This document shows, one piece after another, positions 28,947-40,035 of a stretch of 64,000 nucleotides of DNA. The notes below the pieces were generated by a model, which saw only the letters and a list, made by a program, of their open reading frames with translations, was not told where the DNA came from and made no database searches. Each line of letters opens with the position of its first letter. Position 1 is the stretch's first letter. Made by a program: the position numbers and the translations under genes. The stretch comes from Nitrospirota bacterium (lineage in GTDB: Bacteria > Nitrospirota > UBA9217), in contig OY760142.1 in NCBI GenBank assembly GCA_963663225.1, positions 2,912,001 through 2,976,000 on the forward strand, given 5' to 3'.

Positions 28947-30776
28947 TTACTCCACCGTCACGCTTTTTGCCAGGTTTCTCGGCTGGTCCACGTCTGCACC
29001 GCGCAGGAGGGCTATATGGTAGGCAAGAAGCTGGAGCGGAATAGACATCAGGATCGGCATCAGCAGCTGATTCGTTTTGGGCAGCCGTATGACATGATTT
29101 GCACGGTTTGCGATGTTCGCATCATCTTCCGTTGCAAGGGCTATTACAATCCCTCCCCGGGCCCTCACTTCTTCGATGTTCGAAAGAATTTTTTCATACA
29201 CCGAATCTTTTGCTGCAAGAACGACGACAGGAAGTTTTTCATCAATCAGGGCGATCGGCCCGTGTTTCATTTCACCCGCAGGGTATCCTTCCGCATGGAT
29301 ATAGGATATTTCCTTGAGCTTGAGCGCTCCTTCCAAGGCAACGGGAAAATTCGGCCCTCTTCCGAGATATAAAAAATCGTCGGATTTGAAATACTGTTTT
29401 GCGATCTGTTCTGTGTATGCGTCCTGTTCCAGGCAGCGCTCCACCAGCGTCGGAATGTGTACAAGGTCGGCCAGCCATTTTTTAACCTCTTCCGCTGAAA
29501 GCCTGCCGCACAGCGAGCCGAAGAAAAGTCCGAAAACATACAATGCCGTCAATTGCGCGGTAAAGGCCTTGGTGGAAGCAACACCGATTTCCGGCCCGGC
29601 ATGTGTGTAAACAACGCCGTCTGCCTCACGGCTTGCCGTTGACCCCACCACGTTACAGATGGTAATGACCGTCGCGCCCTGTTTCTTGGCTTCCCGCATG
29701 GCCGCCAGCGTATCCGCGGTTTCCCCGGACTGGGTAATGGCGATGAACAAATCATTTTTATCCACCAGCGGATGGCGGTATCGGAATTCCGAAGCGATGT
29801 CAACCTCGGTTGGAATGCACGCAAGTTCTTCAAACATGTATTTCCCGATAAGACCGGCGTGCCATGACGTGCCGCACGCTACGATGAAGACTTTTTTCGC
29901 TGTAAGAAGCTTATCGTATGCAGGGCCGATTTCCTCCAGATGTATCCTGCCGGTTTCCTGCGAGATTCTTCCCCGGATCGTGTCCATAATGGCCCGCGGC
30001 TGCTCATATATCTCTTTGAGCATGAAATGCCGGTAACCGCCCTTTTCAGCCATTACCGGGTTCCACATCACGTGGGTTATTTCCCGGGCTAACTCAGTGC
30101 CCTTGAGGTCCGTGATTTTTACCCCTTCGTCAGACAGGATGGCCATCTCATCATCATTCAGGAACAATACATCGCGAGTACGGTGCAGCAGCGCCGGGAT
30201 GTCGGACGCAAGAAAAAACTCACCGTGTCCGAGACCGACCACAAGAGGACTGCCCTTGCGGGCCCCTACAACCATTTCCGGATTTCGCTCATCGATGACT
30301 GCGATGGCATAGGCACCTTCCAGCCGTGCCGTCGCATCCCGTACCGCCTGGTCCAGGGAGACGCCCTTTTGGATGATGCTGTCGATCAGGTGAGCTATTA
30401 CTTCTGTGTCCGTTTCGGACAAAAACACTCGCCCCTGGGCGGAAAGTTCCTTCTTAAGGACCGCATAATTTTCGATAATACCGTTGTGAACCACAACCAC
30501 GCTGCCCGCACGGTGCGGATGGGCATTTTCCTCCGATGGCCTTCCGTGCGTGGCCCACCGCACATGCCCTACGCCGATTCTGCCGCTGAGCACCTCTCTG
30601 CGGAGGAGGCTTTCAAGATTCTGCAGTTTTCCCACGGACCTGCGGACCTGGATAACCCCGCCCTGCAGGACCGCCACCCCCGATGAATCGTAGCCGCGGT
30701 ATTCCAGTTTCTTCAGTCCTTCAATCAGAATCGGAACCGCCGATTCCTTGCCTATATAGCCAATAATGCCGCACAT
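28947..30776 (-). CDS. glmS: Glutamine-fructose-6-phosphate transaminase
   Basis: True start MCGIIG at 30776; LEYRGYDS; C-terminal PRNLAKSVTVE. Confidence 0.97.
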   Translation of the reverse strand: MCGIIGYIGKESAVPILIEGLKKLEYRGYDSSGVAVLQGGVIQVRRSVGKLQNLESLLRREVLSGRIGVGHVRWATHGRPSEENAHPHRAGSVVVVHNGIIENYAVLKKELSAQGRVFLSETDTEVIAHLIDSIIQKGVSLDQAVRDATARLEGAYAIAVIDERNPEMVVGARKGSPLVVGLGHGEFFLASDIPALLHRTRDVLFLNDDEMAILSDEGVKITDLKGTELAREITHVMWNPVMAEKGGYRHFMLKEIYEQPRAIMDTIRGRISQETGRIHLEEIGPAYDKLLTAKKVFIVACGTSWHAGLIGKYMFEELACIPTEVDIASEFRYRHPLVDKNDLFIAITQSGETADTLAAMREAKKQGATVITICNVVGSTASREADGVVYTHAGPEIGVASTKAFTAQLTALYVFGLFFGSLCGRLSAEEVKKWLADLVHIPTLVERCLEQDAYTEQIAKQYFKSDDFLYLGRGPNFPVALEGALKLKEISYIHAEGYPAGEMKHGPIALIDEKLPVVVLAAKDSVYEKILSNIEEVRARGGIVIALATEDDANIANRANHVIRLPKTNQLLMPILMSIPLQLLAYHIALLRGADVDQPRNLAKSVTVE

Positions 30777-30849
30777 AATATTATTATTCTCCGGCTGTCT
30801 CTGCTCTGCAGGGACACTTCCAGTACAAACAGACCTAGGCATTCTTGTT

Positions 30850-32244
30850 TCAGTGACTGCCTTTTTTTTCTCCTTTGACGACCTTTCTTTTGCTTGCGTA
30901 TCCTTCCCGATGGATCTGCGGCACCCGGGTCACTGCCAGGGCGTCAGCTGGAACGTTTTTCGTGATTGTAGCCCCTGCTCCGACAATTGCATCATGCCCG
31001 ATCGTAACCGGCGCAACCAATTGCGCGTCACTGCCGACAAAAACGTTGTCTTCAATAACGGTAGGATATTTTTGAAACCCGTCATAGTTGCAGGTAATGA
31101 CACCAGCGCCGATATTGACGTTTTTCCCGACGGTTGTGTCTCCGATATATGCGAGATGATTCGCCTTGCTCCCCGTGCCGAACGTCGATTTTTTTACTTC
31201 TACAAAATTGCCGATTTTCGCTTTTTCTCCAATAATCGACTTCGGACGCAGATGCGCAAAAGGCCCCACGACAGCCCCGGCAGCAATCGAACTCTCTTCA
31301 ACGATGCAGGAGTCTTTGATAGTGACGCCGTCACCCACGGAGCTGTCCACGATTCGGGAACCCGGATACACCGTGCAGCTGTTGCCGATTATTGTTCGGC
31401 CTTCAAGCCGAACGGATGGATAGAGGACGACATCGCGGCCGAGCGTGACATCGCAACCGACAAATGTTGTTTCCGGATGAAGCATGCTGACACCTTCGGT
31501 CATCCATTTCCGGTTTATTCTTGCACACAGGGCTGCTTCCGCACAGCTTAAGTCATAGCGCGAATTTACCCCCAGCACTTCGTTTGTATCTTTGCAGGGA
31601 CTCGCGGCAACGATAAGTTTTTTCTTTTTCGCAAGCGCAATGGTGTCCGGAAGATAATATTCCCCCTGTGCGTTGTTTTTTCCCAAAGCGCTTAACGAGG
31701 AAAGGAGAAACTCCCGGTCAAAACAATAAATTCCCGTGTTCACTTCCTGAATTTTCTTTTCAGCAGCCGTCGCGTCTTTTTCCTCAACCACGCGCAAGAC
31801 CCCTGCTTTGCCGCGCACCACACGACCGTAGCCAAAGGGATTATCAACGTGCGCAGTCAGAAACGTCACGGCTGCACGCTCGTGCTCATGATGGGTTATG
31901 ACTTCACTCAGGGTATTGCTTGTAAGAAGGGGCGTATCTGCACAAAGGATCATAACCGGGCCGGATGATGTGGCTATCAAGCTGGCAGCCTGCTGAACGG
32001 CGTGGCCGGTTCCCAGTTGTTCGCTCTGAATAACCGTTTCAACGCGGAAATCAGCGACTGCGGACTTAACCGCGTCCGCCTGGTGCCCGAGCACAAGGAT
32101 GATCTTTTCCGGATCGGCTCCCGCAGCAGCGTACAGAACGTGTTTGACCAAAGGACGCCCCGCAACCGGATGAAGCGCTTTTGCGAGTCCAGACTTCATA
32201 CGCGTCCCGAGCCCCGCGGCCAGAATAACGATAGTGGGCTTCAC
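30850..32244 (-). CDS. glmU: Bifunctional UDP-GlcNAc pyrophosphorylase/acetyltransferase
   Basis: LAAGLGTRMKS, GEYYL, hexapeptide repeats, CNYDG. Confidence 0.96.
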   Translation of the reverse strand: MKPTIVILAAGLGTRMKSGLAKALHPVAGRPLVKHVLYAAAGADPEKIILVLGHQADAVKSAVADFRVETVIQSEQLGTGHAVQQAASLIATSSGPVMILCADTPLLTSNTLSEVITHHEHERAAVTFLTAHVDNPFGYGRVVRGKAGVLRVVEEKDATAAEKKIQEVNTGIYCFDREFLLSSLSALGKNNAQGEYYLPDTIALAKKKKLIVAASPCKDTNEVLGVNSRYDLSCAEAALCARINRKWMTEGVSMLHPETTFVGCDVTLGRDVVLYPSVRLEGRTIIGNSCTVYPGSRIVDSSVGDGVTIKDSCIVEESSIAAGAVVGPFAHLRPKSIIGEKAKIGNFVEVKKSTFGTGSKANHLAYIGDTTVGKNVNIGAGVITCNYDGFQKYPTVIEDNVFVGSDAQLVAPVTIGHDAIVGAGATITKNVPADALAVTRVPQIHREGYASKRKVVKGEKKGSH

Positions 32245-32873
32245 GTGTTAACCTCCTGGTGCGATACTTTCATTTTCTGCGCCTGAATTTCATTCAAGGG
32301 GACTAGGCCCAGAGAAATAATGAATTTCATTCCTTGATCAACAGTCATATTAAGAGGAGTGACTTCATCCTTTGAAAAAATAAGGAGAAATCCGGCCGTC
32401 GGATTCGGTGTCGTCGGGATAAAAACAGACACAAACGTGCCGGAAAGACCGATGTTTTTCCCTTGAAATTCACTGGTTATAAAACCCAAGCTGTAGCTTC
32501 CTTTGCGCGGATATTCCACCAAGCCAACGCCCTGAAAATTGTTTTTTACGGAAAAAGTTTGCATGATCTGTTTGACGGTGGTGTAAATACTGCGCACAAT
32601 CGGTACTCTTTGCATCAACAGATCGCTGTATTGGAGAAACTGCCTGCCGATGAAGTTGGCCGAGAGCATCCCTACGATCAGGATAAGCAAAACAAGAGTG
32701 ATGATTCCTGAACCGGGAAAACGATGACCGATAAAGAGCGCTGGTAAGTCCCCCAAAATACCGTCGATCATAGTGAGCAAACCGCTCAAAACGTAGTACG
32801 TCACCCACATGGGAATTAGGACCAGCAGTCCGGTGAAAAAATATTTTTTTAAAAAGTCCTTGATTTTCTTCAC
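32241..32873 (-). CDS. DUF502-type membrane protein
   Basis: FFTGLLVLIP, VEYPRKG, FIPTTPNPTAGFL. Confidence 0.85.
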   Translation of the reverse strand: MKKIKDFLKKYFFTGLLVLIPMWVTYYVLSGLLTMIDGILGDLPALFIGHRFPGSGIITLVLLILIVGMLSANFIGRQFLQYSDLLMQRVPIVRSIYTTVKQIMQTFSVKNNFQGVGLVEYPRKGSYSLGFITSEFQGKNIGLSGTFVSVFIPTTPNPTAGFLLIFSKDEVTPLNMTVDQGMKFIISLGLVPLNEIQAQKMKVSHQEVNT

Positions 32874-32984
32874 GGTTACAATATTACTGATTTTGAGTTA
32901 TTGATGCAAGCATTTTTTCAAAAATACCGCGTGGATACCCCGGTTAGACCGCCGAGAGAGATGGGAGATACTCAGTGCTGGTGA

Positions 32985-33431
32985 TTAAAACAATACAGCA
33001 GCTCCTATAATGACTTCTACAAAATAGAGACAAAGGATTATAATCCCGATCAGGAAATGCATGTTGCGGATTGAAACAGTCTGTCCATGGATATTTCGGG
33101 ATATGATGAGTGTTGCCAGCAACAGAACGGCAATAACCAGACCGATAAAAAGATGGGGTATAAACTCCAAAAGTTTGCCTGTATCGAGCCATACGATGGT
33201 CAAACCGGAAAAGAAACCGAGCAAACCCAGAACAATTAACACCGGTCCTGTTTTTCTGTGACGCTTCACTGTTGATAACGGCATTGTCTGGCCGGATGAC
33301 CGTCTGGCTCTTCTAATCAAGATTCCAAGCCATGCCTGGTAGCAAAACAGCAATGCTATGCTCATGTTAAAAAAAGCATGAACAAACTGCATTGCAGTGA
33401 TAATATTTTTGGGCATCAATGGATATTGCAC
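32985..33431 (-). CDS. Four-TM membrane protein (DUF4079/cytochrome b561-like)
   Basis: Four hydrophobic helices with His residues (VH, RHRK, PH, MH). Confidence 0.6.
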   Translation of the reverse strand: MQYPLMPKNIITAMQFVHAFFNMSIALLFCYQAWLGILIRRARRSSGQTMPLSTVKRHRKTGPVLIVLGLLGFFSGLTIVWLDTGKLLEFIPHLFIGLVIAVLLLATLIISRNIHGQTVSIRNMHFLIGIIILCLYFVEVIIGAAVLF

Positions 33432-33752
33432 GTGTATAGCTCCATTTTTTATCCAGTTTTATGCACCATCATGACTTTCGGCAAAGGGTGTTTTGTCATT
33501 TACAGTTCTTTCACTTAAAAACTTTTTGTCATTTCCAACAGTATGCAAGGTGATAACTTTGCTAATTATAGCACCGGTTAAGTTTTTTTACAGAACAAAT
33601 CGGTTATGCTCATAAAGCAACATATTTGATTGACGTTAATCATGCAGCTTGACTTTCACAAAACGTTTCAGTAATGTTCAGGAGAAGAAACCAGCGACCT
33701 ACTGTTTGGCACGGAAGGCTTTTCAGTTATTAATGAACCGAATGGGGAAACG

Positions 33753-34418
33753 ATGAATATGTTGACAACATATATAGAGAAATACGGGCTTCTGTCACTA
33801 GAAAAGCAGGATAAACTGGCATATCTTATCAGTGAGCATATGCAGCAGATCGATCTTGACGAAGGAAAAATTCGTTTTGACGGCATAGAGCTCCCCTTCC
33901 AGGTTCTCGGCACGGAATCAGACAACACACTTACCTGGCTCTGGGCATGGGCGGACGAGCAGACGGAAATTCCGACCAGGCTGATTGCCGCATCACTTAA
34001 GCTCCGCACCTGGGGTTCGGTTGAAGGCATTTCTGAGTTTACAACGCCGTCAGTGGACATCAACAAGGCTGATGGCTTTCTAATTTCTCTCATAGCGTCC
34101 GCAGTATGCAAGGCGAGCTGCTATTACCGTGATGTGTATGAAGGAGGGAGCCTTTTCATTCTGCTGTACGATAAAATGATTGACGACCAGCCGCCCTTTG
34201 ATCTGGCCCGCTTGTCCAGGCAATTTCTTTACCTGATTTCACGATGCGAGTTCAACCATAAAAGTGCGCTGCTCAACTACTTTGCAGTGAAGGGATTGTC
34301 ACCCAGCGAGGGAATCAACCGGGTCGCCTGTGTCCTGGAAACGGGAGAGCTGCTGAAGGCCGAATTTAATGCATCCGGGAAGCTGCAGACGCTCAATGAC
34401 AAACCAGTCATACAATAA
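33753..34418 (+). CDS. Hypothetical protein (DUF6882-like)
   Basis: FQVLGTES...TWLWAWA motif. Confidence 0.6.
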   Translation: MNMLTTYIEKYGLLSLEKQDKLAYLISEHMQQIDLDEGKIRFDGIELPFQVLGTESDNTLTWLWAWADEQTEIPTRLIAASLKLRTWGSVEGISEFTTPSVDINKADGFLISLIASAVCKASCYYRDVYEGGSLFILLYDKMIDDQPPFDLARLSRQFLYLISRCEFNHKSALLNYFAVKGLSPSEGINRVACVLETGELLKAEFNASGKLQTLNDKPVIQ

Positions 34419-34694
34419 CTTTTTCATAGCGTACCGCGCCGACGCCGAAGATTTCCCCGGTTATCCCGCAAACCTGCCGGGATGCTTTTCCGTTTTTCGC
34501 CTGCTTGTGCGAGAACCGAGTTTTAGATCATCAAACATATCTTCACGCACTACAGAAAAAAATGCTCCGGCTGGCGGATAGAACTGCTCAATTAATTTTG
34601 CAACCTGAAGCAAATCATGATATCATGCTGCCGCTTCAGCGGAATCATTCGCATTTTCCGAATAAGTCTGAGCATCACCGGCAAAGGAAACCTT

Positions 34695-35477
34695 ATGGGC
34701 CTTTTGGATACCTTGGAAAGAAAATTTCGGCGCTATGCCATACCGAACCTTACGCTTTATTTGATTATCGGTCAGGTTGTATTCTTTGTGTTTCACCTTG
34801 CCGGCAATTTCATCCTTGAGCGCGTGGTGCTTATCCCGGAGTTGGTGCTTGCAGGCGAGTGGTGGCGGCTTTTTACGTTCCTGCTTATCCCGCCGCTGAC
34901 CAATCCGATTTTTGCCTTTTTTGCATGGTACTTTTTTTACCTTATGGGCGGTGCCCTCGAAGGCCATTGGGGCGATTTCCGCTATAATGTTTTTCTCCTA
35001 ACAGGGTATATCCTCACCGTGGCGGTCTCTTTTTTGTATCCCTTCTATGCTGCAACAAATCTTTTTATTGTCGGCTCCGTATTTCTCGCCTTTGCCTTCT
35101 TATATCCTGATTTTCAGGTTTATATTTTCTTTATCCTGCCGGTAAAAATGAAATGGCTGGCACTTCTTACCTGGATCGGCTATGGGTACCAGTTTGCCGT
35201 CGGCTCCTGGCCGACACGGTTGCTCGTTGCTGCCTCTATCGGCAATTTCTTTCTTTTCTTCGGCAAGGACATCCTTCAAAGAATGAAAAGCGGCAACCGC
35301 AAAATGGTCACAAAAGCAAAGGACATAGCTGACACTCAAAAAGCATTTCACCGCTGCGCTGTCTGCGGCATCACCGACCAGTCACACCCTTCCATGGAGT
35401 TCCGATATTGTCCTGAATGTGGCGGAATTGGGTACTGCAAAGACCACATCCAGAATCATACACACAAAAAAAAGTAA
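34695..35477 (+). CDS. Rhomboid-like membrane protein with C-terminal Zn finger
   Basis: AIPNLTLY, GEWWRLFTF, C-terminal HRCAVCG...FRYCPEC...YCKDH. Start MGLLD at 34695. Confidence 0.7.
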   Translation: MGLLDTLERKFRRYAIPNLTLYLIIGQVVFFVFHLAGNFILERVVLIPELVLAGEWWRLFTFLLIPPLTNPIFAFFAWYFFYLMGGALEGHWGDFRYNVFLLTGYILTVAVSFLYPFYAATNLFIVGSVFLAFAFLYPDFQVYIFFILPVKMKWLALLTWIGYGYQFAVGSWPTRLLVAASIGNFFLFFGKDILQRMKSGNRKMVTKAKDIADTQKAFHRCAVCGITDQSHPSMEFRYCPECGGIGYCKDHIQNHTHKKK

Positions 35478-35653
35478 TATTTACGGAATTTCTTTCATAC
35501 AAAATCAATATCTATTTTCCCATACCGTTCAAGCAATTTTAAAGACTACACGGAGAGCAAAGAACCGGTTTTAATTTCCTCACTGCTTAGGAAATGCGAG
35601 GAGACTCTCTTTTCCGGATAATATTTCCACTCCAATAAAACGATGCACCCTGC

Positions 35654-35682
35654 TTGACACCGGCACGACATAGCGGTACAAT
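35654..35682 (+). promoter_or_regulatory. Sigma70 promoter
   Basis: TTGACA, 17 bp, TACAAT, upstream of a gene with an AAGGAGG RBS. Confidence 0.7.
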
Positions 35683-35730
35683 TAATAAGGATTATTATTA
35701 TCCTGTTTTTTTGTATGCAAGGAGGCGTCT

Positions 35731-36636
35731 ATGTATACCATATTGGGTGCGACCGGCAATATCGGGAGCAAAATAGTTGACATTCTTTCGAAGGACAAAG
35801 AAGATATTCGTATGGTCGGTAGGTCTGCTGACCGCCTGCATCAGAAGATGCTGAGCAGTGAACATATCCACTCGTACGTCGGAGATTTGCTGGATACGGA
35901 ATTTCTCGCAAAAGCATTAACAGGCTCCGATGCGGTTTTCACACTGATCCCGCCGAACGGCAAAGCGGATAATTTCATTACTTATGCCGACAAAACCGGT
36001 GAAAGCATCGCCCGTGCCCTGAAAATTTCCAAGGTGAAACATGTTGTAAACCTGTCGAGCATTGGCGCGGAACTATCTGAAAAAACAGGCCCTATTGTGG
36101 GGCTTCATAATCAGGAGAACCGACTGAATCACATAAAGGGGCTGAACGTGCTGCACCTGCGACCGGCATACTTTATGGAAAACCTGCTTATGAACATTGA
36201 TCTGATAAAAAGCAGAAAAATAGCAGGAAGTGCGATTCGCGAAGACGTCTCAATGCCGATGATCGCCACAAAAGATATTGCAGATTTTGCTGCTATGCAA
36301 CTTCGGAGACGCTCTTTTTTGGGGACTTCCGTCGCTTATCTGCTTGGACCGCGTGATCTCACCCTCAAAGAAGCATTGTCGATCATAGGCGGAAAGATAG
36401 GCCTGCCCGATCTAGGCTATGTCACGTTCACGTATGAAGAGGCGGAAAAATGGCTCCAATCCGCAGGATTGTCTCCCGACATGAGCAGGACCTACATTGA
36501 AATGAGCAGGGCTTTTAACGAAGGCCGGATCACGAGGAATTTGGTGCGCACACAAGAGAATTCCACAGCAACATCTTTTGAAAAGTTCTGTGATGATGTT
36601 TTTGTGCCTCTTTATGCCCAAAAAAAGGCGGCGTAA
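35731..36636 (+). CDS. NmrA-family NAD(P)H-binding protein
   Basis: ILGATGNIG, LSSIGA, LRPAYFMEN. Confidence 0.85.
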   Translation: MYTILGATGNIGSKIVDILSKDKEDIRMVGRSADRLHQKMLSSEHIHSYVGDLLDTEFLAKALTGSDAVFTLIPPNGKADNFITYADKTGESIARALKISKVKHVVNLSSIGAELSEKTGPIVGLHNQENRLNHIKGLNVLHLRPAYFMENLLMNIDLIKSRKIAGSAIREDVSMPMIATKDIADFAAMQLRRRSFLGTSVAYLLGPRDLTLKEALSIIGGKIGLPDLGYVTFTYEEAEKWLQSAGLSPDMSRTYIEMSRAFNEGRITRNLVRTQENSTATSFEKFCDDVFVPLYAQKKAA

Positions 36637-36716
36637 TGCATCCTATGCGATACCGGCAGGGTGCGGGAGAGCACTCCGAGGAAGGGCGGGAGCGGTGGGG
36701 TTGCTCTCACAGACGG

Positions 36717-38192
36717 CTATTCAACCTGCTCCCCTTCTCCCGAGGAATGTAAAAAAACATCCACGACAGAACCGACGTTTTCACGGCTGGTTATCTCGAT
36801 ACTGCCGCCCATTTGCGCAAGCATCTTTCTTACAATGACAAGACCGAGACCCGTTCCGTGTGCCTTGCTGGTATAAAACGGTTTGAACAGATTCTTCACC
36901 TTGTCCTCCGGTATCCCGCAGCCGTTGTCTTCCACCCGTATGCGAACATGATCGTCGATTTTCGTTATGGTGATGGTCACTTTTTGATCCCGGCGTCCGG
37001 CTAAAGCGTCTGCCGCGTTGGTAAGAAGATTGATCAAAACCTGCTGCAGGACGCGCGGGTCTGCAGAGCAACTGTGCGCATTCTGGTCAATTGAAGTAAT
37101 AAGAGCGATACCTTTTGAATCGAAATCTTTACCAGCCAAGGCGAGAAACTTTTCCATAAACGACCGTATTGCCAGATTTTGCAAAACAGGTTTTTCAAAC
37201 ATATTAAAATTTTTCAAACTTCGCAAAAGGTATTCTATCCGGGACACCTCCTGCAAGGCGCGATCCAGATATCCTTCAATGGCCGTCTTGTCCAGTGTAT
37301 CGAGTTTTTGTTTGAGAACAAACAGCGTCATGTTAATGGAATTAATAGGATTTCCTATCTCGTGCCTGACACCTGAAAAAATATAACCGATATTGTCCAT
37401 CAGATTGACCGATTCCGCGATTGATTCAAGCCGAGCCTTGTCGGTCACGTCACGTTTCACCGAAACATAATTCGTGATGGCCCCTTGTTGGTCCCTGACC
37501 GGGGAATAAGTACAATCTTCAAGATACAGCGTGCCGTCTTTCTTTTTACTGAAGAGCCTTCCAAACCAGACACCGTCCCGGTTTACGGTGTCGCGCATCA
37601 AGGAGTAGAACGCTTCATCATGCTTTCCGCTGTCAAGAATGTGCAAGGTCTTTCCAAGGACATCCTGCTGTGAATACCCGGTAATATGCTCAAACGCCGG
37701 ATTGACATATTGGATATATCCCTGGCTGTCGGTAACCACTACGGCGTCTGCCGATGCTTCAATGGCTGCGGCAAGAAGGTTCAGTTTTTCCTCTGCTTTT
37801 CTCCGGGCCCTTCTGATCTCAGCTTCCCGAAGTTCGCGTTCCACAGCCGGAATAAGCCTTGTCAGGTTTCCTTTTATCAGATAATCATGAGCGCCCGCCT
37901 TCATGGCTCCCACGGCGATATCTTCTCCGATATTGCCGGACACGATAATAAAGGGAATGTCCAATGCGCTTTCCTGCAGCAGCGTCAAGGCATCAAGGCC
38001 GCTGAAACGGGGCATGACATAGTCGGAAATAATCAGGTCCCATTCATGCTGATGGAGCGCATCCTTCATTTCTTCGCGCGTTTGAATATGCATGCAGGAA
38101 GGCTCATATCCCCCTCGCTGCAGGGCATGAATCAACAGCAGCGTATCATCTTCCGAATCTTCAATAATCAACAGACGAAGCGGTTTTTTCAT
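36717..38192 (-). CDS. Receiver-PAS-histidine kinase
   Basis: IIEDSEDD, ISDYVMP, PAS domain, RHEIGNP, NAADA, GTGLGL. Confidence 0.88.
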   Translation of the reverse strand: MKKPLRLLIIEDSEDDTLLLIHALQRGGYEPSCMHIQTREEMKDALHQHEWDLIISDYVMPRFSGLDALTLLQESALDIPFIIVSGNIGEDIAVGAMKAGAHDYLIKGNLTRLIPAVERELREAEIRRARRKAEEKLNLLAAAIEASADAVVVTDSQGYIQYVNPAFEHITGYSQQDVLGKTLHILDSGKHDEAFYSLMRDTVNRDGVWFGRLFSKKKDGTLYLEDCTYSPVRDQQGAITNYVSVKRDVTDKARLESIAESVNLMDNIGYIFSGVRHEIGNPINSINMTLFVLKQKLDTLDKTAIEGYLDRALQEVSRIEYLLRSLKNFNMFEKPVLQNLAIRSFMEKFLALAGKDFDSKGIALITSIDQNAHSCSADPRVLQQVLINLLTNAADALAGRRDQKVTITITKIDDHVRIRVEDNGCGIPEDKVKNLFKPFYTSKAHGTGLGLVIVRKMLAQMGGSIEITSRENVGSVVDVFLHSSGEGEQVE

Positions 38193-38430
38193 GAAAGTTT
38201 CCGTACAATTCAATGCGTGTCGCGATCAAAAAGATGATGAGTTCATCGTTCAGGAGAAGGCAAAATTTCGTTCTCGCAAACTGTGTGGCGTTTCAACAGC
38301 GGAAATGATTGTGGCTATTGTATCAAATAAAGTCCGGAGAGAATACTACTTTTTTGCCTGTATGGCGAATGATAGGGATGCATTAACAATACTGCAGGAT
38401 GGTCGGGGCCGAAAGTTGACAACTAGCTTA

Positions 38431-39087
38431 TCAGCGTTTCTGTAAAAGCTTCTTCAGGACAGCGGCAAGATTGCTTGCCGCCATGGCTGATCGTTTCTGC
38501 AAAGAAAGCAGCTGAGGAATTTTGCCGGGAGTGCGCAGAATCTCAAGGCTAAGCCGGCCGTAGCTTACCGTATCATCCTGAGTCATCAGAGCGTTAAAAT
38601 CGAGCGGCAGTTCTTCATCCGCAGCATCGGAAATCACCCGGACGGTCGCGCTCGGAATATTTCGCTGTTTGCAAAGAGCTCGAATGTGCTCTGATTCCAT
38701 TTCAACTGCATCTGCCCCTGTCGTTTCCCGTATGTTTCTTTTTTCCAGAGAAGTGACGGCAATACGTGAAGCGCAGAAAAAACGGGCTTGTTTTGCGCCA
38801 AAGCTTTCCAAGAGGGCCTGTAAACCACAGTTTGGATCTGCATCATACACGACAGTGCCTGTGGAAAGCATCGGATCGAGACCACCGGCAAATCCGCACG
38901 ACAGGACCAGTCCGGGGGACTTTTGCTCCAATGCGTCAAGAAAACTTTTCACGGCATTGCGTTTTCCCATGCCGGTGACCAGCACCTGGACAGAAGCATC
39001 GTGCCGGATGATTTTTCGGAATGGCTCCGATTCTTCCTTGACTGCAAAACAAACGAGTGTGGGATGTGCTGATGTTTTGTTGTTCAT
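38431..39087 (-). CDS. Nucleoside phosphorylase, HpnG-like
   Basis: TGMG, CGFAGGL, AVEMES, RVISD; lies in the hpnH operon. Confidence 0.75.
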   Translation of the reverse strand: MNNKTSAHPTLVCFAVKEESEPFRKIIRHDASVQVLVTGMGKRNAVKSFLDALEQKSPGLVLSCGFAGGLDPMLSTGTVVYDADPNCGLQALLESFGAKQARFFCASRIAVTSLEKRNIRETTGADAVEMESEHIRALCKQRNIPSATVRVISDAADEELPLDFNALMTQDDTVSYGRLSLEILRTPGKIPQLLSLQKRSAMAASNLAAVLKKLLQKR

Positions 39088-39173
39088 TTTTACCAGGATA
39101 AACAGCTGAAAAATGTCTCTCAAAAAACATGAAATAACATCAAACCATCAGCAGGCAAACCGATATCGTATCT

Positions 39174-40022
39174 TTATGATCGGGGTAGAATTGCCCGGGG
39201 GAAATCCTGCACGTGGGCGTTTCTGGCCAGTTCCATGCTTTCTGAAGAAAGTTTGATTTTGATGAGCGCGAAAACCAGAGCGGCAGGAAGCAGAATAATG
39301 AATATGCCCACCCACCCCATCAGATTCTCGCTTATAAAAAAGGTAATGCAGAGGTTAAAAACAAGGACGCCGCAATAAAGACCCGGACCGATCACATATC
39401 TCCACGGATACCGGTGCCCGTGATAATCCGGTGAGTTGTGACGATGCAGCCATTGATCGATCCGCTGGAACACTGCGATGATAACAAAACCGACAATGAG
39501 CCAACCGGCGAAGTTAGAAATAGGAACGCCGAAATAGACACCCTGTTCCTGATACCCGTAAATTTGGCCGAGAAACCACCGGTTGCCCTGCAAGGCGACC
39601 GGATCGATGATGATATCCAGATAAACAAACAGCACGGTTCCCAGCAGCGTCGTAAACCAAGAGGCCCTGATTTTTGCCGTTTCTAAAACGTAAAGCCCCC
39701 AGGGTGAACGTTGAACCGGGGAAAGGATCAACAGCGCGAGCGAGTAACTGGCATAAATAAGAAAAACATAGCTGATGGAGTCCATTAACGGCACCCCAAG
39801 GACCCATATTTCCTGAGCCCTCGTATGCTCGATATAAAAATAATGACCGTACGGGAATCCATTATGGATGGAAGACAATTCCGAAATCCATGCCAGAAAA
39901 TAGCCAGCCAGCCCAAAGAGCAGGGTTCTCTTCAGACCGAACTGCATTGTACAGCCGACAAGATAAACCAGCAGGAAAACGAAAACATACGGTCGCAACG
40001 CAATGGTGCTGAGCAGCAGCAT
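39174..40022 (-). CDS. CruF/DUF422-family isoprenoid hydratase-like membrane protein
   Basis: GFPYGHY, LGVPL, LDIIIDPVA, YFGVPISNFAGW. Confidence 0.75.
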   Translation of the reverse strand: MLLLSTIALRPYVFVFLLVYLVGCTMQFGLKRTLLFGLAGYFLAWISELSSIHNGFPYGHYFYIEHTRAQEIWVLGVPLMDSISYVFLIYASYSLALLILSPVQRSPWGLYVLETAKIRASWFTTLLGTVLFVYLDIIIDPVALQGNRWFLGQIYGYQEQGVYFGVPISNFAGWLIVGFVIIAVFQRIDQWLHRHNSPDYHGHRYPWRYVIGPGLYCGVLVFNLCITFFISENLMGWVGIFIILLPAALVFALIKIKLSSESMELARNAHVQDFPRAILPRS

Positions 40023-40035
40023 TGAATCACTCCTT

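Noticed and set aside
33627-33642. Palindrome tgattgacgttaatca as an FNR-like site
   Set aside because: Imperfect match in AT-rich DNA and cannot be assigned.
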